A stretch of 63,380 bases of DNA, the filler included, from Octopus bimaculoides (taxonomy: Eukaryota), in NCBI RefSeq assembly GCF_001194135.2. It is 9 parts of 8 records of this genome, joined end to end, with 100 filler letters (N's around TTAATTAATTAA, not from the genome) between each part and the next. Parts side by side here need not be neighbours in the genome. Positions count along the whole stretch, not along the records: positions 6,795 to 19,962 come from NC_068983.1; positions 20,063 to 25,215 come from NC_068983.1; positions 25,316 to 30,283 come from NC_068992.1; 6 more parts are not named here. The stretch is one strand, 5' to 3'. The translations under genes were made by a program, and so were the position numbers. The notes beneath the pieces were generated by a model. It did not search any database, was not told where the DNA came from, and saw only the letters and a program-made list of their open reading frames with translations. Positions within the stretch are counted from its first letter, which is position 1, and every line of letters starts with the position of its first letter. Positions 12,150 through 25,980 of this stretch are shown here, one piece after another.

Positions 12150-13554
12150 GAAATATATGAATAACTTAGATCTTATGATTAGTTTATATTATAATTTAGC
12201 ATTCATAACTGAAGCACACACAAAGAAGCAAATACATAGCAGTACATAAGTATATACCGTAGTACTTTTCGATGTTTTGTATGAATACGTGTTAGTAGTT
12301 AGAATAACAATGGAATAACTGCTCGGATTTTATTTTCTCTACTTTTTCTCTTCGTTCTTAATGCAATTGGTTGGCTGAAAATCAGAAAACCTCTGATTCA
12401 AAACATTTATTCAACTTTTACTCAACATCTACAATTATTATACATTATACGTGACTCTAGTTCAGACACCGCTCCTGTTGGTAATTTACTCCAAGCTCTT
12501 GTGTATCAGTATGAGACACATGTCAATTGTTTGTTGACTGAAAAGTCGATATCTTTAATGGTGTTACTAAATTGATTCGTATGTTATAATGTCTACGTTC
12601 TATAGATTTTCATGCAATAACATAGAAAAGGCCATATGCACACCAGCTTCAATTATCTTGAACTTCAAATATCTCGAACAAAAGGATTTCACCTAACTAA
12701 TAACGATGTAATATACTACAAATATACACAAAAGAAATGGAAACAGTCACTGTGAGCAATAGCTGACTTGAATTCTTTATGGCTAATCAGGTTAAACCAT
12801 AACTGAGAGTCATGAAATATGCAATTCCATCCAAGGTAGATAACGTGATAGATACTAAAACTAAGATCTGAGTTATTAATTTCATATAATAGATCTTTCA
12901 CAACGGTTCTTTTCCATTTCATTTATTAGGGAAAAGATATAAGGAATGCTATGGGTTAGTTGTTCTAGTTGATCCAAAAGCATGAATTATGGAAAGCTAA
13001 ACTATAAAACAATTTGTCCAAAACGACAAATTTAACAAGCCATATTTATAGTATGCACAAAATATCTCACTACTCTTTGTTCTTAACACAATGATATTTA
13101 ACCAATAATGATTCCATAGCAATGATTGATATTCTCCATTACCCAACATGCAATGCAAAATGCAATATCCTTGATGCCAGGTTTTGTTGACTCATAAAAA
13201 TGCTTGTTAACGATGTGATGAAAAAGGTGGATTAGAAATTATCAGAGGTGGATCATAGGCAGGCAATAAAACCAGTAGCTGAATGAACCGCCTATTTTTC
13301 TGTTACTCACGCAAACAACCAAACTGTTCGTTCACCCAAGGAAACTATTATTGAAACTATTGAATTATTTAATCACGAAGAGAATTGTATCTGGGGACAT
13401 AATAGTGGAAGACGTGGCGCTTTACGTTTTGGTGTTCATACTTAAGACACCCAACGCTCACATGCATCCTACCATGATATAGGCAGGGGTAAACTGACCA
13501 ATTTACAATATCTTAGTCTTAACATAAAATCATTGTTTTTGTGTGTTGCTTGAC

Positions 13555-13950
13555 CATAACCAGATGAGCATGTCCCTTAGTGGCTGACGATATGTGCATC
13601 TCTGATCACGGTCAGGGATAGTAGAAGAGCACAATGTCCATGTTTTGAGAGTAATTCTTTGGGTTTGAATAATTCACTTCTGGAAAAATGGGTGTTTCAT
13701 TCATCATCCTTAAGCGACACTTATTCAAGGATCTTTTGAGTGTGATGGGCTACTCAAACTGCAGAAAATTCTAATTGGACATGTAAGGTCATGCGCATTT
13801 TATCTTGACATATCACGATCATATGGTTATGATGCATGTGGCTGGTGTACCATTATCAGGCGAGTAGGAATGATAGGTATATTGGGCTTCGTATATTTGT
13901 ACCCCAGTGTCACTTTGGCATGCACTGCTCTGTCACTCAATGATAATATA
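13555..13950 (+). mobile_element. 3' UTR fragment of R4/Dong-like LINE
   Basis: Homologous to the reverse of 42973-43191 (…ACCCCAGTGTCACTTTG…CACTCAAT then TAA-like tail). Confidence 0.7.
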
Positions 13951-13985
13951 TATAAATGTATAGATGTGTGTGTGTATATGTGTGC

Positions 13986-14054
<69 letters not shown>

Positions 14055-14364
14055 TATATATACATATATATACACACACACACATATACATATAGATATA
14101 CATAAAATACCTACATATTTGTTACAGGTGTACAAAATATTATATAGGAAGCGGGTAAATGCAGTTATTTATACAATGGAAATATTGACTGCAACTGGTA
14201 CAGATTCCATACCCTAAGTCCGAAAAGAAATATTACATGTAAATACCAATTAACTTTTGTATCTACCACGAATTGTTATACTAACATTATGTATTAAAGA
14301 TTGTAGTATTAAAGATAACTTTACGTCAAAGGTTGGGTATCTTCATTTTGGATTTGCAAAATAT

Positions 14365-14515
14365 AGGCGCAGTTGCGGCTGTGTAGTAAGAACCTTGCTT
14401 TCCAGTCACATGGTTCCGGGTTCAATCGCACTGCGTGGCACCTTGGGCAAGTATCTTCTTCCATAGCGACCAACGCCTTGAGTGGATTTGGTAGACGGAA
14501 ACTGAAAAAAACACG

Positions 14516-14546
<31 letters not shown>

Positions 14547-14950
14547 NNNNNNNNNNNNNNNNNNNNNNNNNNNNNNNNNNNNNNNNNNNNNNNNNNNNNN
14601 NNNNNNNNNNNNNNNNNNNNNNNNNNNNNNNNNNNNNNNNNNNNNNNNNNNNNNNNNNNNNNNNNNNNNNNNNNNNNNNNNNNNNNNNNNNNNNNNNNNN
14701 NNNNNNNNNNNNNNNNNNNNNNNNNNNNNNNNNNNNNNNNNNNNNNNNNNNNNNNNNNNTATATATATATATATATATTGGTTTGTTTGCGTGCTTGTAG
14801 ATCAGTAGTTCGACAAAAGAACCGATAAAATTAGTACCAGGCTTTACAAAAAGTAAGTACTGGAGTCGATTTGTTTGAGTAAAATTCCTCAAGATGGTGC
14901 CCCAGCATGGTCGTAGTCTAATGAATGAAACAAGTAAAAGATAAAAGATA
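14365..14950 (+). mobile_element. CORE-type SINE family C spanning a gap
   Basis: Head at 14365-14520 and 3' half at 14770-14950. Confidence 0.8.
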
Positions 14951-16194
14951 AACGATATAGGAAACCTTTGTAACATCCAGCAAGTGTTATAAAAAAATTT
15001 CGAGGGGAATATTTGTTTGCTATTTTTCTTTATTAATAATTAGTTTGAGAATGTAATGAAATTGTACCACTTCTGAATTTGACGCATTTGCTGTCCTCTT
15101 AAGCAGTATTTTAGCTTTTGTAGAAGATATTTCTCCTAAAATATCTCAGAGAGATGAAACTTAAAGTCAAACACCGTATCAAATGAGTTTAATACATATA
15201 ATAACCCTGTCCATTATAAGCACATATAATTGAGTCTGGGGTGGGAGAGAAGGGTTATTCAATTACATCGACCTCAGTATTCAACTGGTAGTTATTTTCT
15301 CAACCTCGAAAGTATGAAAGGCAAAGTAGATCTCGGTAGTATTTTGATATCAGAGTATAAAGCCAAAAGAAATGCCGCTAAACATTTTGTTCGGCGTGCT
15401 AATGATTTTGGCAGCTTGCCACTTACAGATGACCACTAACAATAATTACTGAATAGCATTGAAACAGGTGTTCGATTGTTTCTGTTCTATAACCTGCAAC
15501 TTTTCTTTATTATATTACCAATGTTAAACCAATTACCCCTTTTGTTTTTGACGTTACTTTGATTTTATTATCGACAATTAACTTGAGTAAATTGTTAAAA
15601 GGAAAATTCATGACGACAATTCTTTAAACAATTTTTTACTATTTTTAACGTTTTTCAACTTATATCAACATAGTTTTATAATTAATCGTTGAGTGTCTAG
15701 AGGCTTATATTTCTATGCAAACACAGGGGAGACAATTGGCAGGCATTTAACAAAAATGCACACTTAATCTAGGTATTTATTTTTGTCTTTCTGTACTTTG
15801 AGTTCTAATCCCAAAGGGATTGACTTTGAAGCTTCATCTCTTTAGGATCGATTTACTTGATAAATTCTTCCTTTCCAAAAGTTGTCATACTGAAAAACTA
15901 AATATGTTATATACATGTTATTCTATTTAATCAAATAAAAAAATATATATATAATGACATATCAACGGTATAAACAGTTTAATAATTGCTTTTATTATTT
16001 TAAAAATGTATGAAAAATTAGTGCTAAAATATTAATATTATGTAAATAAAATGATAAATTTTAAAATAAATTTCTAATAACATCTAAGTTTTAAATTTCA
16101 AATGACAAAGGATTAACTTTTTCGCAAAAGTTTCTATAGAAACTGACAAAAATGTTTTAAAAATTTCTGTTAAACTATGGTCACCCCACCGTGT

Positions 16195-16750
16195 AAAACT
16201 AACAGCGGACCTTGAAGCAATCCAGCGAAGCTTCACTTGTCTCATTGTAACAGCTCAGATACTGGGAAAGGCTGAAACAGCTAAGACTCTACTCCCTGGA
16301 GCGAAGGCGGGAGAAATATGCAGTAATATACATCTGGAAGATCATGGAAGTGATTATGCCAAATTGTGGCATTGGAAGCTACTCAAATGCCAGAACGGAT
16401 CGCCACTGCACAATGCCAAAGATCCAAACAATGCCGTCACGCTTCAGGACCAGTTACTGCAATAGCCTGAGTTTCAAGGGTCCACAGCCTTTTAATATTC
16501 TCTCAAAGAGTCTCAGGGACCTACAAAAAGTGGATGCAGGTGTTTTCAAAGCGATACTAGTTCCCTTCCGGTCGAGAGTCCCAGATGAACCTATCTCGCA
16601 GCAGGAGGCACAAATGAGGAGGCAAAAACTCCCTAATTGACCAAATGCCACATATCAGAGGAAACTCTCAATAATAACAGTGTAGCGAAACGGCGGTGCC
16701 TCTACATGGCTACAGTTTTGAGCTCAAACCGTAAAAGTAAGTGAAAGTAA
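16195..16750 (+). mobile_element. CR1-group LINE 3' fragment (RT C-terminus and 3' end)
   Basis: LEAIQRSFT…YWERLKQLRLYSLERRREKYAVIYIWKI…SLSFKGPQPFNILSKSLRD…VPDEP. Confidence 0.85.
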
Positions 16751-18005
16751 GCACTCCACCCACCGATTGGAACAATATTAGAGATGTTTTCTTTGTGACA
16801 TTTTCACAGACACTTTGAACAACAACTATTCTTATTTCGTGATTTTATTTTAGTCCTACAAGGACTACTTGACGCAGAATTTTAAATCCACCACTCTATT
16901 TACGATTCAAATAGCCAGACAATCTTATTATACACAAAGAATGATGTTAATTTGTTATATCAACACAAAATCAGAAAGAGCAATTAAATTTTTTCTACAC
17001 TTGATTTGTCATCAATAAATTAAGATAACTGACATCTCGTTTAATTACTGCGGGTTTGGAAAGTAGTTAACTGAAAATTAATCTTATCTTTTAAAAATAC
17101 ATATAGATTCATGCAGCGAAAGAAGCTCATTGATGAAGCTTAATTTTGACGGAAGAAGACTAAGACAGATGTTCAGTTAATATATCAATGGGAGAACACT
17201 TATGTTTCGGGAAGCGTTCTATGAGATATCAAGTGTAATTAGAAAATGCTTGCACTTGCAAGTAAAAATTGAGAGCAGGTGAGCTGAAGAATAATGCCAG
17301 TTGAGGCTGATGTAGAAAATTCAAATAATGCTAAAATCTCTAGCGAAAGAGCAGGAAATGTATTTCGAAATAATTTATGAAGGGCACTTCCTTTTGTAAG
17401 AAAAATGATATTTCTAATTTTGAAAAATGTAAGAGCAATAAAATAATTGGTAATTAAGGAAATAATAATATTTACGAGATGATTTATTATATGTATAGCT
17501 TCGGTAGAATTTTTATGTCTTGGAAAGACTTTCAAGTTAAAAATAAAGTCCTTCTAGGAAAGAATATTTCTGCTATCAATTATGATAACTACTTACTGTG
17601 ATAATATTTTAAATAATTATAGTTCTTTTATTGCTCGAATTCTTAGGGTTCTTTGTCGAGCCATTAACCTATCTAAAATTGCTTCAAACACCATTGCATG
17701 AATATCAAAACCTTTAAGTTAATAACCATATATTTTCATTTTATATTTTATGGTTTCATTAATTTTTCTACGGTTCAAACGGTGGTTTTGACTCAGTTGA
17801 TAGAAGGGTAAAATATGTTTTTTATAACCTTACAGTTTTGAGGACGAACTTAATCAAACCGAACTTTGAAAGAGAGATTTATTGAATAAATATCAGTAAT
17901 ATGCTTGTAGATATTTAACCTATTTATAACACACATCCTAAAAGATCGACCATATATGTGCTAAGTAAAGAAAAAGTGATTTCATTATTTACTATTGCTT
18001 ATTAT

Positions 18006-18007
<2 letters not shown>

Positions 18008-18080
<73 letters not shown>

Positions 18081-18085
18081 GAGAG
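18008..18085. repeat. (GA)n microsatellite
   Basis: Direct reading. Confidence 0.95.
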
Positions 18086-18634
18086 AAATCTCATAGGTTT
18101 TTAAGTGATAAATGAGTTGACAAACTGTGATTTCAATGGTTATCATTGATTGTGTTGATTTACATTAAAAATGCATGACTAACTATTGACATTTAAAGAA
18201 ACTCTCTGATGTTGAATATAAGTGTAGCATTTTGAATAAGAAAGATCAAAGACAATAAATACAGATGGTTGATTTATGAGCACTATTGTTTTATCGAGCA
18301 GTCAGTTGTGGAAGAAAAATGTCTGACTATGAAAAGTAACGGTCTAGCAAACTAATTGTAATTGTAAATATAAAAAGTAAGAGAGAGAAGCTATCTTTGC
18401 TTGCTCGCATGTAACCAGCAACCCAGGTAAACCTCAACCTCCACTCCACTTAATTCTCACAAAATCAAACAGATACACCGATATATTCATACAGATAAAC
18501 ACAAAACAAAGATACGTGCAAACCACACGTAACTCTTCCCCATATACATACATGCACACACACACACACAAACACCCCCTCACAGACATATATATGCAGG
18601 TATATGTGTGCATATGTATATGTATGTATGCATG

Positions 18635-18696
<62 letters not shown>

Positions 18697-19433
18697 TGTG
18701 TGTGTCTGTGTTTATATATATATATACATGTATGCGTATGTTATGCATATGCACACGCACAAGCGCACACACTCTCTCTCACACACTTATAAACCAGGCT
18801 GTGTGCTCCTGTGTAACAAAGACAGTTCTTTATTAACCTATATTTTGGTACAGTCTAAATGGCTATTCATCAAAGTCATATTGATTGTAGCGAAAATAAT
18901 ATGACATGTGAGCATGATGATACCTTATGAAAGGATATGCTAAAATCATTATAATATATGAATGATTTGAATAAGAATTAACACAAAGCATCATATGGAT
19001 GCCAACAATAAAAGTCACATATATACAGTATTGAAACACAAACTAATTAATATGTTTATGGTTTGTAAGGCGCAGCACTAACAAATTAGTACAGAATACA
19101 TTATTTGTAACTATATATTGTTGAGCAAAAATACTTCTAGAAACAAATTTGTATACTGAATACAAATACGACAGAGTCTGTTATATGAGAAAACTGAAAA
19201 ACAGTGATTAAATGCAATCATTTGATTTAACTGGCAGTCAAACAACTACTTATAGGAATGTTTAAAATCTAAATTCATCGAGAGAGATAACTTCAATAAA
19301 ATTACCACGTTGAAACTTTTTTTTTAAAAAATAGAAAATGAAGTATGAGAATTGATTTCGTTATTACGACAACCTACGAAAATAATAAACGTGTTTCTAA
19401 CCTATATTACGTCACCAGAGAAACATACCTTAC

Positions 19434-19470
19434 TTAGTGGGCAAGACAAAGCAACGATTTATCAATGTAC
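19434..19470 (-). CDS. Candidate terminal coding exon (R)YIDKSLLCLAH*
   Basis: gtgtgtag acceptor after a 78-nt intron; phase 2 matches the upstream exon. Confidence 0.25.
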
Positions 19471-19548
19471 CTACACACGCACATACACACACACACTCTC
19501 TCTCACACATACACATTCACGTATACATACACCCATACGCATACATAC

Positions 19549-19609
19549 CTGCATACAGTCATATAGTTCTCGGCCGGTTTCGAGAACGAGGATTCAGTTA
19601 TTCGATCAC
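19549..19609 (-). CDS. Candidate internal exon DRITESSFSKPAENYMTVC
   Basis: tatttcag acceptor, CAG|gtatgt donor, single open frame (phase 1 to 2). Confidence 0.35.
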
Positions 19610-19923
19610 CTGAAATACTTGTCTATTGAATTAGCGTGCAAATGGATGAGCGTTTATACCAAAAACAAGTTTATCCTTAACGTAAATGTCAGGCAAAACG
19701 AGCATAAAATACTCCCAGACAAGTTTGTTCTTTGGAATTACTGATCTCATCCAGGTCTACTTCAATCACACTTTTAAGTTTGTATATAGCCTCCATCTAC
19801 CCAATTTTACTCACAAGTTATGAGTCGACTCTAGGTTATAAAGATTTGTCTAAAATGCGGTATGGTGGGAACGAAACCGGGACATTTGTGAAGTGAAATT
19901 CGTAATTATTCACGCATACTATG

Positions 19924-19962
<39 letters not shown>

Positions 19963-20599
19963 NNNNNNNNNNNNNNNNNNNNNNNNNNNNNNNNNNNNNN
20001 NNNNNNTTAATTAATTAANNNNNNNNNNNNNNNNNNNNNNNNNNNNNNNNNNNNNNNNNNNNATATATATATATATATATATAAGGAACTGCGTAATCCA
20101 TTTTAATCTATTTGTAAAATAATAGGATGAGATCTGGCTGCTGCTTTTAGCCGGTCCAGTAATAATGTAAAAGTTGCTTCGTTCTTATCACACATAATCA
20201 CAGTTTTGCTTTTAACCACGTATGCATAAAAAATAATTATAACCAGATATGTACTGAATGAATGCAATATGTGGCTTTATGGTAACGTACGAGATCAATA
20301 ATTATGAAATGCGAAGAAGTTTATGTATTATAACATTCTAGTTATAATAATCATATAAGCATGAGATGAAATATTATTTATAAATTCCATTGTAGAATAT
20401 TTATATATTGTTACACACTGTACTTTTAGATAATACATACCCGTAAATTGAAAGATCAGAGTTCTGTTTAAGGTTTGATTATTATATCTCTTATGTCAGT
20501 TATTTCTGTTTTCTTTATATTTTAGTTATCTCTCGAGTGTGTATCCACATCGATTGATATTTTTATCATATCAAAGGTGTTGAGATAATTTTTTTTTTA

Positions 20600-21040
20600 T
20601 TTGTGTTATACATTCTTTTATTCTTTTACTTGTTTCAGTGATTTGACTGCGGCCATGCTGGAGAGATTTTAAGAGATTTTAGTCGAACAAATCGACCCCA
20701 GGACTTATTCTGTGTAAGCCTAGTACTTATTGTATCGGTGTCGTTTGCCGAACCGATAAGTTATGGAAGTGTAAACATACTAACATTGGTTGTTACGCGA
20801 TGGTGGTGGGGAGACAAACACACAAATACACACACACACAAACGCACGCATGCACGCACGCACACACACACACATACATACATGACGGGCTTCTTTCAGT
20901 TTCCGTCTATCAAATCTAATCCACTCACAAGGTTTTTGGTCGGCCTGAGGCTATAGTTGAAGACTCTTACCTAAGGTACCATGTAGTAGAACTGAACCTG
21001 GAACCATTTGGTTGGGAAGTAAGCTTCTTATTACACAGCC
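20600..21040 (-). mobile_element. CORE-type SINE family C, full length
   Basis: Reverse complement of the family consensus seen at 36998-37410. Confidence 0.85.
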
Positions 21041-21051
21041 AAGTCTGAGTC

Positions 21052-21125
<74 letters not shown>

Positions 21126-21300
21126 CAAGGGGGTACCCAAAAGTAACCGGAAACGTTTTCTGTGGGAGAAATCCGTTGTACTTCAGACTTCCGCCACAAG
21201 AAGTCACTTGATGCGACCCTCAAGCATAAGTCTGCCGACCGGCGTCGTCGATTGGAATCTTACCACCATATGGTGCGTCGTTGTTTTACAGTGTTTCTCC
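21126..21300 (+). mobile_element. Mariner left-end fragment, same family as 3570-4848
   Basis: TA|CAAGGGGGTACCCAAAAGTAACCGGAAAC and homologous 5' UTR. Confidence 0.8.
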
Positions 21301-21329
21301 CCTGTTCGTCGATTATATATATATGTCAC

Positions 21330-21850
21330 TTTAATTTTTTTCTAATCTTTCAATCCCGTTGTCTCCTATTCCTCTCTCCTTCTTCCACGTGACCGGTGTC
21401 CAACCAGCCATGATCTTTCTTGGCCTGACTGCCGACCGCCAACACCTCGTATGTCCACCCCCTATGTTCCTGCCTTTAGGCTTTCACTTCATGCACGTCA
21501 GCTCAATTTGATTCCTCCTCAGTCGAAAGACACCTGTTGTTATATTCTTGTTGTTTCTATTTGTAATTGTGTACCATGTCCTCCGTTTTTTATCTTTGTT
21601 ACTGTACACATCGCTAGCTTTCTTACAAAAAATCTATTGCTCTTTGCTTAGACTTTTTTAGGGGCAACCAGATCGAACAACCTCAAGTGTAACTGCCCGA
21701 AACTGTAAGGACATTTGGTAATTTGACTGAAGAAAGAAGGCCACGAATGACCCGTCCATTTTTCCCCTGTCCTAATTGTTGTTTTTCCTGTCCGCCTTTG
21801 TATCGTCTATCTGTCCAAATGTCTTATTGTCCTCTATTGCGTTTTTCTTC
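21330..21850 (+). mobile_element. Penelope-like terminal-repeat (pLTR) family copy
   Basis: Shares CTCAGTCGAAAGACACCTGTTGTT and TTGACTGA(A/G)GAAAGAA blocks with the terminal region of the GIY-YIG element at 57290-57900. Confidence 0.6.
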
Positions 21851-22229
21851 CAATATATATATATATATATATAAATTGCAAAAATGTCTAGTGATTGTTT
21901 GGGTGTGGTGGCTTTTGTGCCTCAGTGAACTTGAGATCTATGCCAGCCGACCGCAAACTCTTTGTAGGGCTTCCCATGTTAGATTTGTCAATGGACAGAG
22001 GCCAAACTGATATGGATGATCTCTTCCTATAGAGAAAAATGGCTTTGCATAAGGTCAATATCCCAATGTAGAAAAAATGCAAAATTACAGAAGCATCGAT
22101 GATAATTCAAAGCGAACAAAACCTAGGAGCAGAAACCCACTTATCCAGCTTCTTTACCTTGCCTATTTATTTTATATGGTCCAAAGCAGTTGGAATCGAA
22201 GCATCAAACTTTGCTGCTAGGAGGGCAAC

Positions 22230-22410
22230 ATATGACGTGCTGCAGCGAAATCCAAAAGGAGCTGGAGGTGGAATACAGAATTGGAGGTAAAAAAAGCAGG
22301 GATCCAACATTAAAGAAACAGGAAAGATTGCCCAAAGTTGGGGCCAGTTGAAAAAAGTCGTCGATGGCCTTTACTCCATAGGAAGTGAAAGGTTTAAGTA
22401 AATACGTAAG
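22230..22410 (+). mobile_element. RTE-like LINE 3' terminal remnant
   Basis: …VDGLYSIGSERFK* followed by a TAAG-like tail. Confidence 0.4.
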
Positions 22411-22511
22411 AGTGATGCTTGAAATGTTTTTGATAATAGATTTGTTCAACCATGGCTTAACTATGGACTAATAATAACAACAAAAACACTAACGAATTTA
22501 AGGCAACTGAC

Positions 22512-22607
22512 ACAGTGTTGTACAGTTTATGTTATCTCGGTCGACAGTTTGCACCACCTTGTTGAACAAGTTTGCTGTACAGTTTGTGCCATTCCGATTT
22601 ACAAAAA
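22512..22607 (-). CDS. Candidate internal exon FVNRNGTNCTANLFNKVVQTVDRDNINCTTL
   Basis: Long pyrimidine tract + tattacag acceptor; gtcagt donor; 96 nt, phase 1-1; an alternative frame (FCKSEWHKLYSKLVQQ) is also open. Confidence 0.35.
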
Positions 22608-24832
22608 CTGTAATAAATACTGGTAGAATATTAAAGTGTGTTGGAAATAAAGGATAAAAGAGGACTAGTAAAATGTCTGGGAGACATAACAAGTGTTATC
22701 TTATTTATAGATATTTTCAGAGAAGTCTCAAAAGACAGATAAGTAAGCGACTTTTAGAATTATGTGTACTTTTATGATGTTAGTGTTTAACCCAAGTCCA
22801 ATGCGAATCAAGCAGTAAGGCATTCCAACAGTTACTAATTTATTTTTCCTCCTGATAGTCTAAACCTAGAATTAGATTATCTAATCTTTTGTACTAAATA
22901 CATGTACAGTCACATAATCATGTGAGGCGTATAAATACTGAGGAAATGTTTCCAAGACAATTCTCCAATTAATTTCTTTGCATTTTCATAATCATATTTC
23001 TGTGGAAATGTTGGTGTTTTCAAAGTATTTATTTTCAAGTATGTCGTTAGTCGTGTAGATTATCTGGCATTAATCCTTTATCTATTCCAATAAAATATCT
23101 ATGACTGTTTCATCAGTGGCACTCCACATGACTGTACCTCTGGATTACACACGATACATATTTTATAAATACAAATAGCAAATAACATAGGAAAATAAAC
23201 GAACATACGCATACTGTACTTCAATTCACTGAAAAAGTCATTTCACTCAAGTTTGTAATACTTCAACAGTTAAGATTCCATTACGACTATTATTTCATTC
23301 CGAAAAATGCAGAATTTGTGTTTTATAAAAAACAAATGAGGCCAATATTTAGAAAAATATTAAAAAAATTACTTTACTTTTGTTTTTGCTTTGATCAGAA
23401 ACTATTATCAAAATCAGAAACAATTATTTTTGTTTTAATCTGGATTAAAAGAGGAAACGGAATTTTTTTTTACACATCTTCATTTAAATTCTCTCGTTTT
23501 TGCTATCAAAGTCGCCTTGAAAATTTAACGTAATTGAATTTAATTTCGGTTGTATATGTCACAAAAAATATCAAGTGGATATGAATAGAGTTTCATCCAG
23601 ACATGTCTCACAATTACAGATTATTTACAATCTTGTTGCAAATGACTTTTAGGAAACAACTGCTTTCATTTATAGACAGATTCAGTGAATATAATATTTA
23701 AATTTCTGAAGTGACGAATCAATAAGGTTATTTGGTTCCTTCAAAATATTTAGTGTATTTATCATTGTTCGAGAAAGTGTAGTCGGTTGCATATATTGCT
23801 GTATATTGGTTTCAAATTTTGGCACAAGACCAGAAATTGTGGGGGAGGGTGCTAGTTGATTACATCGACCCCAGTGCTCCACTGATACTTATTTTATCGA
23901 CCTCGAAAGGAGAAAAAGCAAAGTCGATTCCGGTGGCAATTGAAATTCGAACGTAAAGTTGAAAGAAACGCCGTTAAGCACTTTTTCTAGAGCAGTTACG
24001 ATTCAGCCAGCTCACCGCCTTTATATTTCTGTATACTAGTTTATTCGTCAGTTGGGTTTAAATTGAAAGGAGACCTAGGCACCGTTTGAACACACAATGT
24101 AATGGTATGAAAATAAATGCTCTGAAGAACTCAACTCCCTACTTATTTTACCACAATCTATAGGAAGCCAAATGTTTATCCTTATTTTTTTGCATTGGAT
24201 TATCATTGTATTCTATTCCCTATCTTCGGATAATCTGTCATGGAAACCACACATTTCTCATAGTGACTCGATTCTATATTTCTACGTAGGAATGCATACA
24301 GAGGACTAATTAATTCATCTCTACACAACGTCAGTTAACTTTAACATGTAGAGTAGGTACCACATCTATGCTTTTTCACGTTGTTAATAACAACTTGAGA
24401 GAAAGAGAGAGAGAGAGAGAGAGAGCTTGGCAAAATGCGGTAAAATCGAAACTGAATGCATCTAAATTAGATGGAAATAGTGATCATTTGATTCACAATC
24501 TCATGATTTCTCTTTAGAGATTAAGGACATCTTGATTTTAGAAGGAAACTATTCATATATACTTCTATTGTAATTATGCATATGTGCTATTGCAGCAACC
24601 ATGTTATTTTCCTCACAAATAATTAGAATATTACAAGTGTAGCAGCAGCATATTATTTCGAAATTATATATAGAAAAATAATTCAAGTTTTTATAGAAAC
24701 AATTACAATATTTGGTCTTAAAATTGTTACTTTATCATACACTCGAAAGATTTATATGTATCCCTATGTATGTATGTATGTATGTATGTATGTATGTATG
24801 TATGTATGTATGTATCTATCTATCTATCTATC

Positions 24833-25066
24833 TTATTTCTTTATTGCCCACAAGGGGCTAAACATAGAGGGGACAAACAAGGACAGACAAAGGATTTAAG
24901 TCAATTACATCGACTCCAGTGCGTAACTGGTACTTGATTTATCGACCCTGAAAGGATGAAAGGCAAAGTCGACCTCGGCGGAATTTGAACTCAGAACGTA
25001 ACGGAAGACGAAATATCACTAAGCATTTCGCACGGTGTGCTAACATTTCTGCCAGCTCGCCGCCTT
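24833..25066 (-). mobile_element. SINE family B, full length, embedded in (TATC)n
   Basis: Reverse of GGCGGCGAGCTGGCAGAA…GTTCTGAGTTCAAATTCC…CCTTTCATCCTTTC…GGCAATAAAGAAATA. Confidence 0.88.
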
Positions 25067-25067
25067 C

Positions 25068-25127
<60 letters not shown>

Positions 25128-25429
25128 GACGGACGTGCTGTCACATCGGCTGCAGAGGTAAACCTCTTTTTGACCTTCTATTGCCCACATTTTGTTGGAA
25201 TTTTAAAATATTTTTNNNNNNNNNNNNNNNNNNNNNNNNNNNNNNNNNNNNNNNNNNNNTTAATTAATTAANNNNNNNNNNNNNNNNNNNNNNNNNNNNN
25301 NNNNNNNNNNNNNNNTGTGTGTGTGTGTGTGTGTGTAAATAATTGTCACATATTATTTATAAATTCCTCTATTTACATAATATTGAGGTCTCTTTCTTTC
25401 TTTTGTTGTCTTACCTTTTCTATCGACAC

Positions 25430-25680
25430 ACACACACACAACGCACTAGAGGACAATAAAACATCCGGACAGATAGACGATGCAAAGGCGGACAACAATT
25501 AGAGGGACAGGAAAAAAGAACGGGTCATTCGTGGCCTTCTTTCCTCAGTCAAATTACCAGATGTCCTTATAGTTTCGGACAGTTACACTTGAGACTTTTC
25601 GATCGGGTTGTACCCTTCCCCCAAAAGTCCAAGCTATGAGCGTTAGATTTTTTGTAAGAAAGCTAGCGAATGTGTACGTG
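25430..25680 (-). mobile_element. Penelope-like pLTR family fragment, inverted relative to 21600-21850
   Basis: Reverse complement aligns to 21610-21845. Confidence 0.6.
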
Positions 25681-25980
25681 TGTAATGGACTCTCCCGTTA
25701 ACAGACGACGTATGAGGGTTTCACAGTTTCTTACCGAACAACCACAAAGATGATTTGTTTATACTGATCGAATATTTGTGTTGACATAAGCTCACTCTCT
25801 CCATCAAATCGACATTACCTGCACAGGTGCAACTGGGTGCCACATGTCAGATGTCGAAATGATCGCAGAGCAACATGAAATAAAGTGTTTTGCTCAAGAA
25901 CACAACGCAACACCCGGTTTGGGAATCGAACCCACGATCTCACAATCGTGAGTGCAACACCTTAACCACTAAGCCATGCG
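25680..25980 (-). mobile_element. tRNA-derived CORE-like SINE family D
   Basis: Reverse head GCATGGCTTAGTGGTTAAGGTG…GGTTCGATTCCC, then TTCTTGAGCAAAACACTTTATTTCA; 3' part homologous to 55985-56170. Confidence 0.75.
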
